NCBI GenBank assembly: GCA_964586595.1
Contig: CAZPHB010000001.1
Coordinates: forward strand, 263,849 to 327,848
Length of the DNA stretch: 64,000 nt
Reading direction: 5' to 3'
DNA from: an uncultured Flavobacteriaceae bacterium
Lineage (GTDB): Bacteria; Bacteroidota; Bacteroidia; NS11-12g; UBA955
Shown: positions 46,619-55,687 of the stretch, piece after piece
Layout of the letters: each line of letters begins with the position of its first letter
How positions within the stretch are numbered: the first letter of the stretch is position 1
The notes under the pieces: model-generated
Seen by the model: the letters and a program-made list of their open reading frames with translations, nothing else
The model's database searches: none
Told to the model about the DNA's origin: nothing
Translations under genes and position numbers: made by a program

Positions 46619-47341
46619 ATGGAAGCATTGCGGAACATAGACCTCAGCAAGGTGTTGGTACTGGATATCGAAACCGTATCGGCGGCCAAAGATTTTGCAG
46701 ATCTGGATGCAGCATGGCAAGACCTATGGGCCTTAAAGGCTAAGAATATTGCCCGCGATCAAACGCCGGAAGAAGCATATCAGCGCGCCGGCATTTACAG
46801 TGAATTCGCCAAGGTAGTCTGCATCAGCGCCGGTATTTTCCAACCCTGGAACGACCATTACCGATTCCGCATAACTTCCTTTTACGGACATGAAGAGCAG
46901 GAAGTACTTCGTCAATTTGCCAACCTGCTCCACAACAGATTTCACGGAAGAGACTTCATCCTGTGCGCGCACAACGGCAAAGAATTCGATTTCCCGTTTC
47001 TGGCGCGCCGCATGACCATACAGGGAATCAGATTGCCGCTGCTGCTGGACATTGGTGGAAAGAAGCCCTGGGAAATTCCACACTTGGACACCATGGAACT
47101 GTGGAAGTTCGGCGATTTCAAGAGCTATACTTCGCTGGCGCTATTGGCAAAAGCATTGAATATCCCCACACCCAAAGACGATATTGACGGCAGTCAGGTG
47201 GGCCGCGTTTATTACGAAGAACAGGATTTAGATCGTATTAAGACATACTGCCAAAAAGATGTGCTCACCGTAGCACAGGTGTTGCTGCGCATGAGGGGGG
47301 AATCCTGCATTCCCGATTCGGATGTTATTGAAATTGTTTAA
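46619..47341 (+). CDS. Predicted 3'-5' exonuclease (RNase H-like fold, DnaQ/PolB-exonuclease-like)
   Basis: Start at the ATG at 46619 (MEALRNIDLSKVLVLDIETVS..., Exo I-like DxE). Later ...FILCAHNGKEFDFPFLARR... (Exo II-like) and ...YCQKDVLTVAQV... (Exo III-like YxxxD). The ORF track opens 25 codons earlier at a TTG. Confidence 0.7.
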   Translation: MEALRNIDLSKVLVLDIETVSAAKDFADLDAAWQDLWALKAKNIARDQTPEEAYQRAGIYSEFAKVVCISAGIFQPWNDHYRFRITSFYGHEEQEVLRQFANLLHNRFHGRDFILCAHNGKEFDFPFLARRMTIQGIRLPLLLDIGGKKPWEIPHLDTMELWKFGDFKSYTSLALLAKALNIPTPKDDIDGSQVGRVYYEEQDLDRIKTYCQKDVLTVAQVLLRMRGESCIPDSDVIEIV

Positions 47342-47396
47342 GGCGGTCATTTTACATTGTTATGTTGAATTGCCATTGATTAAAAGCAGGCTTACT

Positions 47397-47404
47397 TATA
47401 TTTG
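47397..47404 (+). promoter_or_regulatory. Bacteroidota -7 promoter element TATATTTG upstream of the T9SS type-B cargo gene
   Basis: Exact TAnnTTTG match ending 6 nt before the ATG at 47411. Confidence 0.35.
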
Positions 47405-47410
47405 CATGTG

Positions 47411-49528
47411 ATGAATTTAGGGGCATTCGGCAGATGGGTGTTGGCGCTCACCTTGATGGCGACATCCATTCCTGTGCTCTATGCTGCTGAGCCTACAGTA
47501 CAAGCATCTTCAGTTACGTTCCAGAGCCTGACATGCAACAGTGTGCGCATCAATTGGACCCGTGGAAACGGAGCCCGCTGCATTGTATTGGTCAAAGAAG
47601 GCTCCGCCGTTGATGCCAGTCCTGCAGACGGCATGTCATACACCTCGTTCAGCGCCTTTGGAACAGGTTCAGAAATAGGAACCGGCAACTTTGCCGTGTA
47701 CAACTTCCTGGGAAACAACGTAACCATTACCGGCTTGAAATCGAATACCGATTACCACATCGCCGTATTCGAACACGACAATAATCTTCCTGATTTTTTA
47801 ACCACCAATCCCGCACGCGGGAACATCAGAACACATTTTCTGAATGTTGATTTTTCATATTCCTACCAGGATTCCTGCCAATTCAACAACCTGTTCAGCT
47901 TCACGAATAAAACCACTTCCAGCTTTACAGGCCTTACCTATTTCTGGACCTTTGGGGATGGCAACAGCAGCACTGCTAAAGATCCTACCCACAGCTATGC
48001 CAATGGAGGCAACTACTTCACCAGCCTGACAGTTACCCCTTCCTTAGGATGTCCGAATGTGTTTGCCAACCCCAAGGCTACCCTGGTTATTCCCAACATG
48101 TTCATCCGCATCGGGGTGAATGATACCGTTCAGTGCCTCTACAACAACAGTTTTCAAACCATCAATAAAGATTCAACCCGAATCTTCAACAAGCTGAGCT
48201 TCGACTACCTCTGGGACTTTGGAGATGGTGAAACAAATACCCTTCCTGCACCTAAAAAGAAATACAACAAAGCCGGCAATTACCGCATCAAGCATTTTGT
48301 TGAAACTTATTACTCCAACAACAAAACAGGTTGCATAGACAGTGGTTTTCTGGACGTAGTTGTGCAGCCAGACCCTTCAACCAGCAGCTATGTAAATGAT
48401 GCGGTTCAGTGCCTGAAATATCAGTCTTTTGAGTTCGACAATTTCACGCCAGACATCATCAGCTATTCCTGGGATTTTGGAGATGGGAATACCAGCACCT
48501 TGAAAAATCCCACACACAAATATGCAGGTACCGGCGCCTATACCGTCATCCATCGGGCACAAAGCAATCAGGGTTGCGTTGGTTCGGACACCTTTCAGGT
48601 TCAGGTTACGCCTTCTTTAAATTCGGCATTTTCCGGCCTGGCTCCGGATTACTGTCTGAATGACCCGCCTGCCACACTTACTCCTGTAGTTCCTGGAGGG
48701 TTGTTCTGGGGTACCGGCATCAATGGCAATGAGTTTACGCCCTCTGCGGTTGGTACCTTTCCCATTTCGTACGTGGTGAGTGACACGGTTTGTTCTGATA
48801 CTTCCGTGCAGGCCGTTACCGTTAAACCCATTCCCCAGTTTAGTTTGGGCGGCGACATCAATGAATGTGTGAATGGGACCGTAACGCTCAGCACCAGCCA
48901 AACAGGAAATTATGCCTGGAGTACCGGAAGTACTGCATCCTCCATCACCGTGTCCCAAAGCGGAAACTATGCGCTGAAAGTGACTGAAAACGGTTGCAGC
49001 TGGCAGGATGACATCAACGTATTCATCGGCGCTGCGCCTAAAGTGCGTCTGCCTTCTGATACTTCCTTGTGCAAAGGCGGATTTATCTACCTTTCAGCCA
49101 CCTGGCCCAAGTCAACCTATCGATGGAGCACGGGAAGCAGCGACAGCGTGATTCTGGTGAGCCAATCGGGAACGTATTCCGTGGATGTGACCAATCCCTG
49201 CGGGTCTGCCTCTGATGCGGTAAATGTGCTGTTGCAGGAAAACATTTGCAACCTCTTCATTCCCACGGCATTCACCCCGAACCGGGATGGATTCAACGAG
49301 TTTTTTGAAATCACCGGGAAAGACATCACGCCCATCAGCCTGAAGATTTACAATCGCTGGGGACAGAAGGTCTATGAAAATACAGATACCGAATTTCGTT
49401 GGGATGGAACCTATGGCGGTAAAGTATGCATGCCGGAAACCTATACCTGGCGATTCTCTTACCGCCTGAATCTGGGTGCATTCTCAAGAATCAACACCTT
49501 CAGCGGAACGGTCCAGCTGATGTGGTAA
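47411..49528 (+). CDS. Secreted FN3/PKD-domain protein with T9SS type B (gliding-motility-associated) C-terminal sorting domain
   Basis: Start at ATG 47411 (MNLGAFGRWVLALTLMATSIPVLYAAEP; the ORF track starts at a TTG 9 nt upstream). An FN3-like N-terminal domain is followed by repeated PKD-like modules (WTFGDGNSSTAKDPTHSY, WDFGDGETNTLPAPKKKY, WDFGDGNTSTLKNPTHKY). The C-terminal ~90 aa NICNLFIPTAFTPNRDGFNEFFEITGKDI...YNRWGQKVYEN...RWDGTYGGK... is the type B CTD. Confidence 0.8.
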   Translation: MNLGAFGRWVLALTLMATSIPVLYAAEPTVQASSVTFQSLTCNSVRINWTRGNGARCIVLVKEGSAVDASPADGMSYTSFSAFGTGSEIGTGNFAVYNFLGNNVTITGLKSNTDYHIAVFEHDNNLPDFLTTNPARGNIRTHFLNVDFSYSYQDSCQFNNLFSFTNKTTSSFTGLTYFWTFGDGNSSTAKDPTHSYANGGNYFTSLTVTPSLGCPNVFANPKATLVIPNMFIRIGVNDTVQCLYNNSFQTINKDSTRIFNKLSFDYLWDFGDGETNTLPAPKKKYNKAGNYRIKHFVETYYSNNKTGCIDSGFLDVVVQPDPSTSSYVNDAVQCLKYQSFEFDNFTPDIISYSWDFGDGNTSTLKNPTHKYAGTGAYTVIHRAQSNQGCVGSDTFQVQVTPSLNSAFSGLAPDYCLNDPPATLTPVVPGGLFWGTGINGNEFTPSAVGTFPISYVVSDTVCSDTSVQAVTVKPIPQFSLGGDINECVNGTVTLSTSQTGNYAWSTGSTASSITVSQSGNYALKVTENGCSWQDDINVFIGAAPKVRLPSDTSLCKGGFIYLSATWPKSTYRWSTGSSDSVILVSQSGTYSVDVTNPCGSASDAVNVLLQENICNLFIPTAFTPNRDGFNEFFEITGKDITPISLKIYNRWGQKVYENTDTEFRWDGTYGGKVCMPETYTWRFSYRLNLGAFSRINTFSGTVQLMW

Positions 49529-49563
49529 ACACAGATCATCCTTCACGTGCAAGCAAAAAAAAA

Positions 49564-49583
49564 TGCCGTTCGCTGGAACGGCA
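49564..49583. terminator. Bidirectional rho-independent terminator between convergent genes
   Basis: A9-TGCCGTTC-GCTG-GAACGGCA-T6: an 8-bp perfect stem with an A-tract on one side and a T-tract on the other. It starts 36 nt after the + strand stop (49528) and ends 25 nt before the - strand stop (49608). Confidence 0.65.
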
Positions 49584-49607
49584 TTTTTTGGTTGCATTGA
49601 TCTAAAC

Positions 49608-50978
49608 TCAGCCCTGGTGCAACTTCGCGAAATTCTGGAAGAAGTACGGAATGGTTTCAATGCCCTTGTAGTAATTGAACAAGCCGTAATGCTCGTCGGG
49701 AGAATGGATGTCGTCGCTGTCCAGACCAAAGCCCATCAACATGGTTTTGATGCCAAGCTCCTGTTCAAACAGCGCAATGATGGGAATACTTCCGCCGCCG
49801 CGTGTTGGAATCGGATCTTTTCCGAAGGTTTGGCGGATGGCCGCAGCCGCAGCTTTATATGGAACAGAATCCGTAGGTGTGAGCACAGGCTCTCCTCCGT
49901 GGTGGGGAATCACTTCTACCTTTACACTTGATGGAGCAATGCTCTTGAAGTGGTTTTCAAAAATTGCTGCAATTTTTTCTGAAGACTGATTTGGAACCAG
50001 GCGCATGGAAATTTTCGCTTGTGCTACAGAAGGAAGCACTGTTTTAGAACCTTCTCCGGTATAGCCGCCCCAAATTCCATTCACGTCCAGGGTGGGTCTG
50101 GTTCCGGTGCGTTCCAGCGTGGTATAGCCATGTTCACCGTAAACATCACCGATGTTCAAGTCTTTTTTATACGCTTCCACATCAAAAGGTGCCAAATTCA
50201 GGGCCGCACGGTCTTCAGCGCTCAGCTCAAGCACATCGTCATAAAAACCGGGAATGGTAATATGGCGATGCTCGTCGTGCAGGCTGGCAATCATGCTGCA
50301 CAACACGTTAATGGGATTCGGTACAGCACCACCATAAACACCGCTGTGCAGGTCGCGGTTCGGGCCGGTAACCTTCACTTCCAGATAAGCGATGCCCCGC
50401 AATCCCACATCCAGGCTTGGAATATCGTTGGCAATCATGGATGTGTCACTTACAAGAATCACATCTGCCTTCAGGCGTTCCTTATTTGCCTTGCAATAAG
50501 CGCTGAGGCTGGCAGAACCCACTTCTTCTTCACCTTCAATCATGAACTTGATGTTGCAGCTCAGGTTTCCGGTTTGCTGCATCATTTCAAAAGCCTTCAC
50601 GTGCATGTACATCTGTCCTTTGTCGTCGCAGGCGCCGCGGGCATAAATATTGCCATCGCGGATCTGAGGTTCGAAAGGAGGCGTAGTCCACAGATCGTCC
50701 GGAACGCTGGGCTGCACATCATAATGACCATAAACCAATACCGTGGGCAAAGCCGGATCTATCATCTTTTCACCATAAACAATTGGATGACCCGGCGTTT
50801 CTTCAACCAGTGCCATATCGCAACCCGCTTCCAGCAGTTTGTTTTTGATAAAATCGGCAGCCCGGCGTACATCACCTGCAAAACGATTGTCTGCACTGAT
50901 GGACGGGATGCGCAGCAAGTCGAATAATTCATCAAGGAAGCGCTGTTTGTTGGCTTCCAGGTAACTGTTCATATCCAT
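49608..50978 (-). CDS. M20A-family dipeptidase (CNDP/carnosinase-like; Xaa-His / beta-Ala-His type dipeptidase)
   Basis: 456 aa. YGHYDVQPSVPDDLWTTPPFEPQIRDGNIYARGACDDKGQ closely parallels the metal-binding block of cytosolic nonspecific dipeptidase/carnosinase. A further M20 block is IKFMIEGEEEVGS. Confidence 0.85.
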   Translation of the reverse strand: MDMNSYLEANKQRFLDELFDLLRIPSISADNRFAGDVRRAADFIKNKLLEAGCDMALVEETPGHPIVYGEKMIDPALPTVLVYGHYDVQPSVPDDLWTTPPFEPQIRDGNIYARGACDDKGQMYMHVKAFEMMQQTGNLSCNIKFMIEGEEEVGSASLSAYCKANKERLKADVILVSDTSMIANDIPSLDVGLRGIAYLEVKVTGPNRDLHSGVYGGAVPNPINVLCSMIASLHDEHRHITIPGFYDDVLELSAEDRAALNLAPFDVEAYKKDLNIGDVYGEHGYTTLERTGTRPTLDVNGIWGGYTGEGSKTVLPSVAQAKISMRLVPNQSSEKIAAIFENHFKSIAPSSVKVEVIPHHGGEPVLTPTDSVPYKAAAAAIRQTFGKDPIPTRGGGSIPIIALFEQELGIKTMLMGFGLDSDDIHSPDEHYGLFNYYKGIETIPYFFQNFAKLHQG

Positions 50979-51026
50979 GCCCGCAATTTACATAAGCGCA
51001 CAGGCATTTTATGATTCTGCAGGGCT

Positions 51027-52487
51027 TTAAGGAAACAGAAATTTCCTTGCCTGTTCCATGATTTGATTCATGGGCGTGGTTCGGTGGTTGGGCTGTTCCC
51101 ATTGTTCCAGCCATGTATGCAGTTCCGGAGCTATGGCCACCTGCTTGCGCAGGGAAAGTGCTCGGGATGCGCAGGCAAACTCAATGGCCAGTACCATTTT
51201 GGTATTCTCCAGCACCTTCAAGCCCTTAAGCACCGCATTGGCTCCCATACTCACATGGTCTTCCTGTCCGTTGCTGCTCATGATGCTGTCCACCGACGCC
51301 GGCGTGCAATACTGTTTGTTCTGACTGACCATGGAAGCGGCGGAATATTGCGCAATCATGTAGCCTGAATCCAATCCCGGATCTTCGGCAAGGAACGGCG
51401 GAAGTCCGCGCTGTCCGCTGATGAGCAGATAGGTTCGACGTTCGCTGATGGCAGCGAGTTCAGCCATGGCCATTGCCAGGTAATCGGCGGCCAGTGCCAG
51501 GGGTTGCCCATGGAAATTTCCTGCAGAAAGCACCAATCCATCTTCAGGAAACACATTGGGATTGTCTGTTACCGAATTCATTTCCCGCAAAAACACTTCC
51601 CGAACATGGCTGATGGCATCTATGGAAGCGCCATGAACCTGTGGGATGCATCGGAATGAATATGGATCCTGAACATACGCTGTTTGCCTGCCCGCCGTTC
51701 CTGCTTGCTGCATCAAGTGGTAGATTTCTGCAGCCGCCTGCAGCTGACCCGGATGCGGCCTGATGGCATGCGGTTGGGGCATGAAGGGTTCAGAACGCCC
51801 CTGAAACGCTTCAATGCTCAGCGCCGCAACGCGTGGAATTTGTTGCAGCAGCTTTTCAACCTCAGCCAATTGAAACAGCCCGAGTGCCTGCATGAACTGC
51901 GTGCCGTTGATGAGTGCCAGCGCTTCTTTGGGGTGCAGCTTGTGCGGTTCCAGGCCTTGTTCATGCAACCAGTGTTCGGCACTTTTGATTTCGCCTTGTT
52001 CGTTGACTAGGTTTCCCAGGCCAATTAAAGGCAAAACCAACTCCGACAAAGGAGCCAAATCACCGGAAGCACCCAAGGAGCCTTGTTCGTGCACCTGAGG
52101 CAAAAACGGATTGTTGTACAAACACAAGAGTGCCTTCATCAGCGCGGGACTGATGGCAGAGTTTCCTTTGCTCAGCGCATGGATTTTGAGCAGCAGCATG
52201 AGCCGCACCAATGCATGTGGCAAAAAAGCACCCGCACCCGCGGCATGGGTGATGAGCAGATTGCGCTGCAATTCCTCGAGGTTTTCTGTGGAAACCTGTA
52301 CGTCACACAAAGAGCCAAAACCTGTATTTACGCCATATACCGGGCGTTCCGCACGGGCCATATAGGTTTCCAGGAAGGAATATGATCGGTTTACATCAGC
52401 CCATGCTTCCGGGCTCAGCTCCAATGGTGCTGTTGACAAATGTAGGGATTGAAGATCAGCGAAGCTGAGGTGGTGCGGGAGTATCAT
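51027..52487 (-). CDS. hutH: Histidine ammonia-lyase family enzyme (MIO-dependent HAL/PAL fold)
   Basis: 486 aa with the MIO-forming triad in GSLGASGDLAPLSE (Ala-Ser-Gly), N-terminal ...YGVNTGFGSL... and ...QRNLLITHAAGAG.... The ATG overlaps the hisS stop (ATGA). The HAL-versus-aromatic-lyase distinction rests on context, not on active-site residues I can verify. Confidence 0.8.
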   Translation of the reverse strand: MILPHHLSFADLQSLHLSTAPLELSPEAWADVNRSYSFLETYMARAERPVYGVNTGFGSLCDVQVSTENLEELQRNLLITHAAGAGAFLPHALVRLMLLLKIHALSKGNSAISPALMKALLCLYNNPFLPQVHEQGSLGASGDLAPLSELVLPLIGLGNLVNEQGEIKSAEHWLHEQGLEPHKLHPKEALALINGTQFMQALGLFQLAEVEKLLQQIPRVAALSIEAFQGRSEPFMPQPHAIRPHPGQLQAAAEIYHLMQQAGTAGRQTAYVQDPYSFRCIPQVHGASIDAISHVREVFLREMNSVTDNPNVFPEDGLVLSAGNFHGQPLALAADYLAMAMAELAAISERRTYLLISGQRGLPPFLAEDPGLDSGYMIAQYSAASMVSQNKQYCTPASVDSIMSSNGQEDHVSMGANAVLKGLKVLENTKMVLAIEFACASRALSLRKQVAIAPELHTWLEQWEQPNHRTTPMNQIMEQARKFLFP

Positions 52488-53836
52488 GAGCGAAAACGGC
52501 TGAATAAATCTTGTAATGACAACATTTCCTGACTGCCCTGACTGAGGTGTTTCAAAGGGAAGATGCCGCTGTTCATTTCTTCGCTGCCCACAATCACGGC
52601 GTAGGGGATATTCCGCTGGTTGGCATGGTCGAGCTGTTTGCGCAGCTTGGCAGCATCGGGATAAACTTCTGCAGAAACGCCCAGCCTGCGCAGTTCCAGA
52701 GCCATCTGAAAACAGGTGCTCATGCAGGATTCATCCATGGGACAAAGCAGCAATTCGGTGCTGATGTCTAAGCCGGCGGGAAATGCAGCACGGGTTTCCA
52801 GCACATCATACAAACGGTCGATACCAAACGAAATGCCCACACCGGAAAGATCCTTCACGCCAAATACACCGGTGAGGTCATCATAGCGGCCGCCACTGGC
52901 CACGCTGCCAAAACCTGAATTGGGGATTTCTGCTTCGAAAATGCAACCGGTATAATAGTCCAAACCTCTGGCCAGTGTGGTATCCAGAACCAAATTGGCC
53001 TTTATACCGCTTGCAAGTACGGTACGCAAGGCATCGAGTCCTTGTTGCGCTTTGGGATACGCTGCAAGAAGCTGTGCGAGCGCATCCAGTGAATCGGGGT
53101 TCAGCGCTTGCTGTTGCATGCAATTCAGCACGCTGAGGGTTTGTTCTTCTGAAAATCCGGCCAGTCCCAGTTCGCGTTTCACGCCTTCGGCGCCTATTTT
53201 ATCCCATTTATCAATGGCCACCACCATGGCTCGGAACAATTCCGGGCGGCCTGCATGTTCGGCAATGGCTTCCAGGATAAGCCTGTTGCTAACCCTGATG
53301 CGATAATCCGAAAGGCCCAGGGCGGTAAAGGCTTCATGCATGATGAGCAGCAAATCGGCTTCTGCAAGAAGGCTGCGTGTTCCGATTACATCGGCATCGC
53401 ATTGCCAGAATTCGCGGTACCTGCCTTTCTGCGGACGATCGGCACGCCAAACGGGCTGTATTTGATAGCGGCGAAAGGGGAATTGCAATTGATGCCGGTT
53501 CATGGCCACAAAGCGGGCAAAGGGCACGGTAAGGTCGTAGCGTAAACCTTTTGCAGCCACATGAGGCAGCAAGGTTTTGGCTTCGGGATTGGCACGTTGA
53601 GCTTCGGGTACATCCGATAAAAAATCACCGCTGTTCAGGATGCGGAACACCAGCTTATCACCCTCATCGCCGTATTTTCCCAGCAATACCGAAAGGTTTT
53701 CCATGGCCGGGGTTTCCAGCTGCGCAAAGCCATGCAGGCGATAAATGCGTTCTATGGTTCCGGTAATGTAACGCCTGCGGGCCATGACGGCCGGCGCAAA
53801 ATCGCGGGTACCTGAGGGCAGCGATGGTTTATCCAT
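52484..53836 (-). CDS. hisS: Histidine--tRNA ligase
   Basis: 450 aa. Class II aaRS motifs and HisRS signatures (...FRILNSGDF..., ...RYQIQPVWRADRPQKGRYREFWQCDADVIG..., GGRYDDL) are present. Confidence 0.93.
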   Translation of the reverse strand: MDKPSLPSGTRDFAPAVMARRRYITGTIERIYRLHGFAQLETPAMENLSVLLGKYGDEGDKLVFRILNSGDFLSDVPEAQRANPEAKTLLPHVAAKGLRYDLTVPFARFVAMNRHQLQFPFRRYQIQPVWRADRPQKGRYREFWQCDADVIGTRSLLAEADLLLIMHEAFTALGLSDYRIRVSNRLILEAIAEHAGRPELFRAMVVAIDKWDKIGAEGVKRELGLAGFSEEQTLSVLNCMQQQALNPDSLDALAQLLAAYPKAQQGLDALRTVLASGIKANLVLDTTLARGLDYYTGCIFEAEIPNSGFGSVASGGRYDDLTGVFGVKDLSGVGISFGIDRLYDVLETRAAFPAGLDISTELLLCPMDESCMSTCFQMALELRRLGVSAEVYPDAAKLRKQLDHANQRNIPYAVIVGSEEMNSGIFPLKHLSQGSQEMLSLQDLFSRFRS

Positions 53837-53859
53837 GGGGCGAATTTACGTTCCCACCC

Positions 53860-54981
53860 TCAGAACATTCGCCGGTAACAGCGTTTGCGTTTATGCTGGA
53901 TGTGCTCGAAATTTTTCCAGTTTTGAATGGCTTTCTGATTGGTTTCAATCATGCCTGTCGTTTCCACTTCATATACACCAAAGTCGAGGAGTGACTGCTG
54001 AAGTTCAAGAATGAGGATGGCTGCAAGTCCACCTCCCTGATGCTGAGGGTCAACGGCGGTAAGGAACAAATCAGCTTCCTTGGGCTTCTTCAAGGCCTGA
54101 TTGATGTAGTACCAACCCAGGGGCCACAAACTTCCATTGGCTTTTTGCATGGCCCTGGAAAGAGAGGGCACGCCAATGATGAAGCCCGCCAGCTTATCTT
54201 CTTTATCAAAAACCAATTTGATAAAATTAGGATTCAACAGCGAAATGTACTTTCTGATGTAAAAGTCCACGAGGTCTTCACCAAAGTGCACTACACTGAA
54301 CAGTTCTTCAAATGCGCGGTTGAGTACACCAAACATTTCCCGGCCGTAGGGCAGCACATCAGAAATTTTGGTAAATGTTTGTACCCGGAATCCATATCTT
54401 GCCTTGGTGAGCTCATTGATTTTCTTCACCTTCTCTGTGATTTCTCTGGGCACAAAGAGGCGAAACTCGAGCCAATCTATTTCCTTCTCGAAGCCAAGGG
54501 CTTCCAGATGTTGCTGATAATATGGAAGGTGATACACCGAAGCAATAGACGGCAAATGATCAAACCCATCTACAAGCACCCCCTGGCTGTCCAGATTGCT
54601 GAAGCCCAGCGGACCATGAACGCCTTGCATGCCGCGTTCTTTGGCCCAGTTCACCGCAGTTTCCATCAATGCGGCTGAAACCTCCGGATCATCGATAAAC
54701 TCCATACGGGTAAATCGGCACAGCTGTTCACCGGTTTTCTGATTGTGGAGGTGGTTGATGATGGCACCAATCCTGCCTGCTGTTTTGCCGTGCTTCAGCG
54801 CAATCCAAAACTGGGCATCGGAATGCTCCCAGGCAGGATTTTTCTTTGGGTTTAACATATCGGCTTCGGCCTTTTTAAGGGGCGGAACCCAAAAGCGATT
54901 GCTGCGGTATAATTTAAATGGGAATTCAACGAATTTCCGAACATCGGCAGCGCTAGATAAGGGCACAATTTGGATACTCAT
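53860..54981 (-). CDS. Two-domain GNAT-type N-acetyltransferase-like protein
   Basis: 373 aa. The C-terminal part carries an acetyl-CoA motif-A-like QHQGGGLAAILILEL. The N-terminus MSIQIVPLSSAADVRKFVEFPFKLYRSNRFWVPPL matches a widespread ~370-aa Bacteroidota acetyltransferase-like family. It ends 23 nt upstream of hisS on the same strand. Confidence 0.55.
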   Translation of the reverse strand: MSIQIVPLSSAADVRKFVEFPFKLYRSNRFWVPPLKKAEADMLNPKKNPAWEHSDAQFWIALKHGKTAGRIGAIINHLHNQKTGEQLCRFTRMEFIDDPEVSAALMETAVNWAKERGMQGVHGPLGFSNLDSQGVLVDGFDHLPSIASVYHLPYYQQHLEALGFEKEIDWLEFRLFVPREITEKVKKINELTKARYGFRVQTFTKISDVLPYGREMFGVLNRAFEELFSVVHFGEDLVDFYIRKYISLLNPNFIKLVFDKEDKLAGFIIGVPSLSRAMQKANGSLWPLGWYYINQALKKPKEADLFLTAVDPQHQGGGLAAILILELQQSLLDFGVYEVETTGMIETNQKAIQNWKNFEHIQHKRKRCYRRMF

Positions 54982-55100
54982 GATCCGGGGTCCTGAAAAT
55001 TAGGCCGCGAAGGTACAAACCATTGCAGGGCTTGACAACGTGTATGTGCCATTTAGCCCTCCTTAACTCGCTGATTTAGTGCATGTTTGTGCATGAAAAA

Positions 55101-55122
55101 AGCCGTCTTGGCGAAGACGGCT
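55101..55122 (-). terminator. Rho-independent terminator downstream of the Hsp20 gene (bidirectional architecture)
   Basis: A6-AGCCGTCTT-GGCG-AAGACGGCT-T6: a 9-bp stem with a 4-nt loop, 26 nt after the Hsp20 stop (55148). Confidence 0.6.
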
Positions 55123-55147
55123 TTTTTCATAAGTGCTTATGAACGTT

Positions 55148-55567
55148 TTATTCCACTGCAATTTGACGAGGTACTGATTGCTCTTTGAACGGAATCTGGA
55201 TGCGCAACATGCCGTGTTCCATGTGGGCGTTGATTGCGGCGCCATTCAGATGGTCTGCAAGCTGGAAACTGCGGCTGAAGTTTCCAAAGCTGATTTCTCC
55301 CGAAATTTTTGATTGCTCCTCGTCTGCAACCGGTTTTTTACGTGTTCCATGCACACGAAGCACTTGTCCGTCCAGTTGTACCTGAACTTCTTCCCTGCTC
55401 AGCCCGGGCAAGGAAATCAACAGCGTAACACTTTGCGCTTCATTGATTACCGATGTTGCCGGTCTGAAATCTGATGCTGTTTGCACCGTTCCTTCAGGCA
55501 AAAGGTTCATGTTGAAAAAAGGATGAAATACATCCATCATGGCGGGAATTGATTTCTTGATGATCAT
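55148..55567 (-). CDS. Hsp20/alpha-crystallin family small heat shock protein
   Basis: Start placed at MIIKKSIPAMMDVFHPFFN.... The alpha-crystallin domain is ...RPATSVINEAQSVTLLISLPGLSREEVQVQLDGQVLRVHGTRKK...FGNFSRSFQLADHLNGAAINAHMEHGMLRIQIP. Confidence 0.8.
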   Translation of the reverse strand: MIIKKSIPAMMDVFHPFFNMNLLPEGTVQTASDFRPATSVINEAQSVTLLISLPGLSREEVQVQLDGQVLRVHGTRKKPVADEEQSKISGEISFGNFSRSFQLADHLNGAAINAHMEHGMLRIQIPFKEQSVPRQIAVE

Positions 55568-55687
55568 GTTCGTCTTGTTTGGTATTTCCTGAAAATCAAG
55601 ATTGATTCCAAGCCTAAAATTACGCCATAGTGGCACTTTTTAGTGAGGAAATGCCCTTAATTGCGCCATAATGACGCTTTTAAGGTG

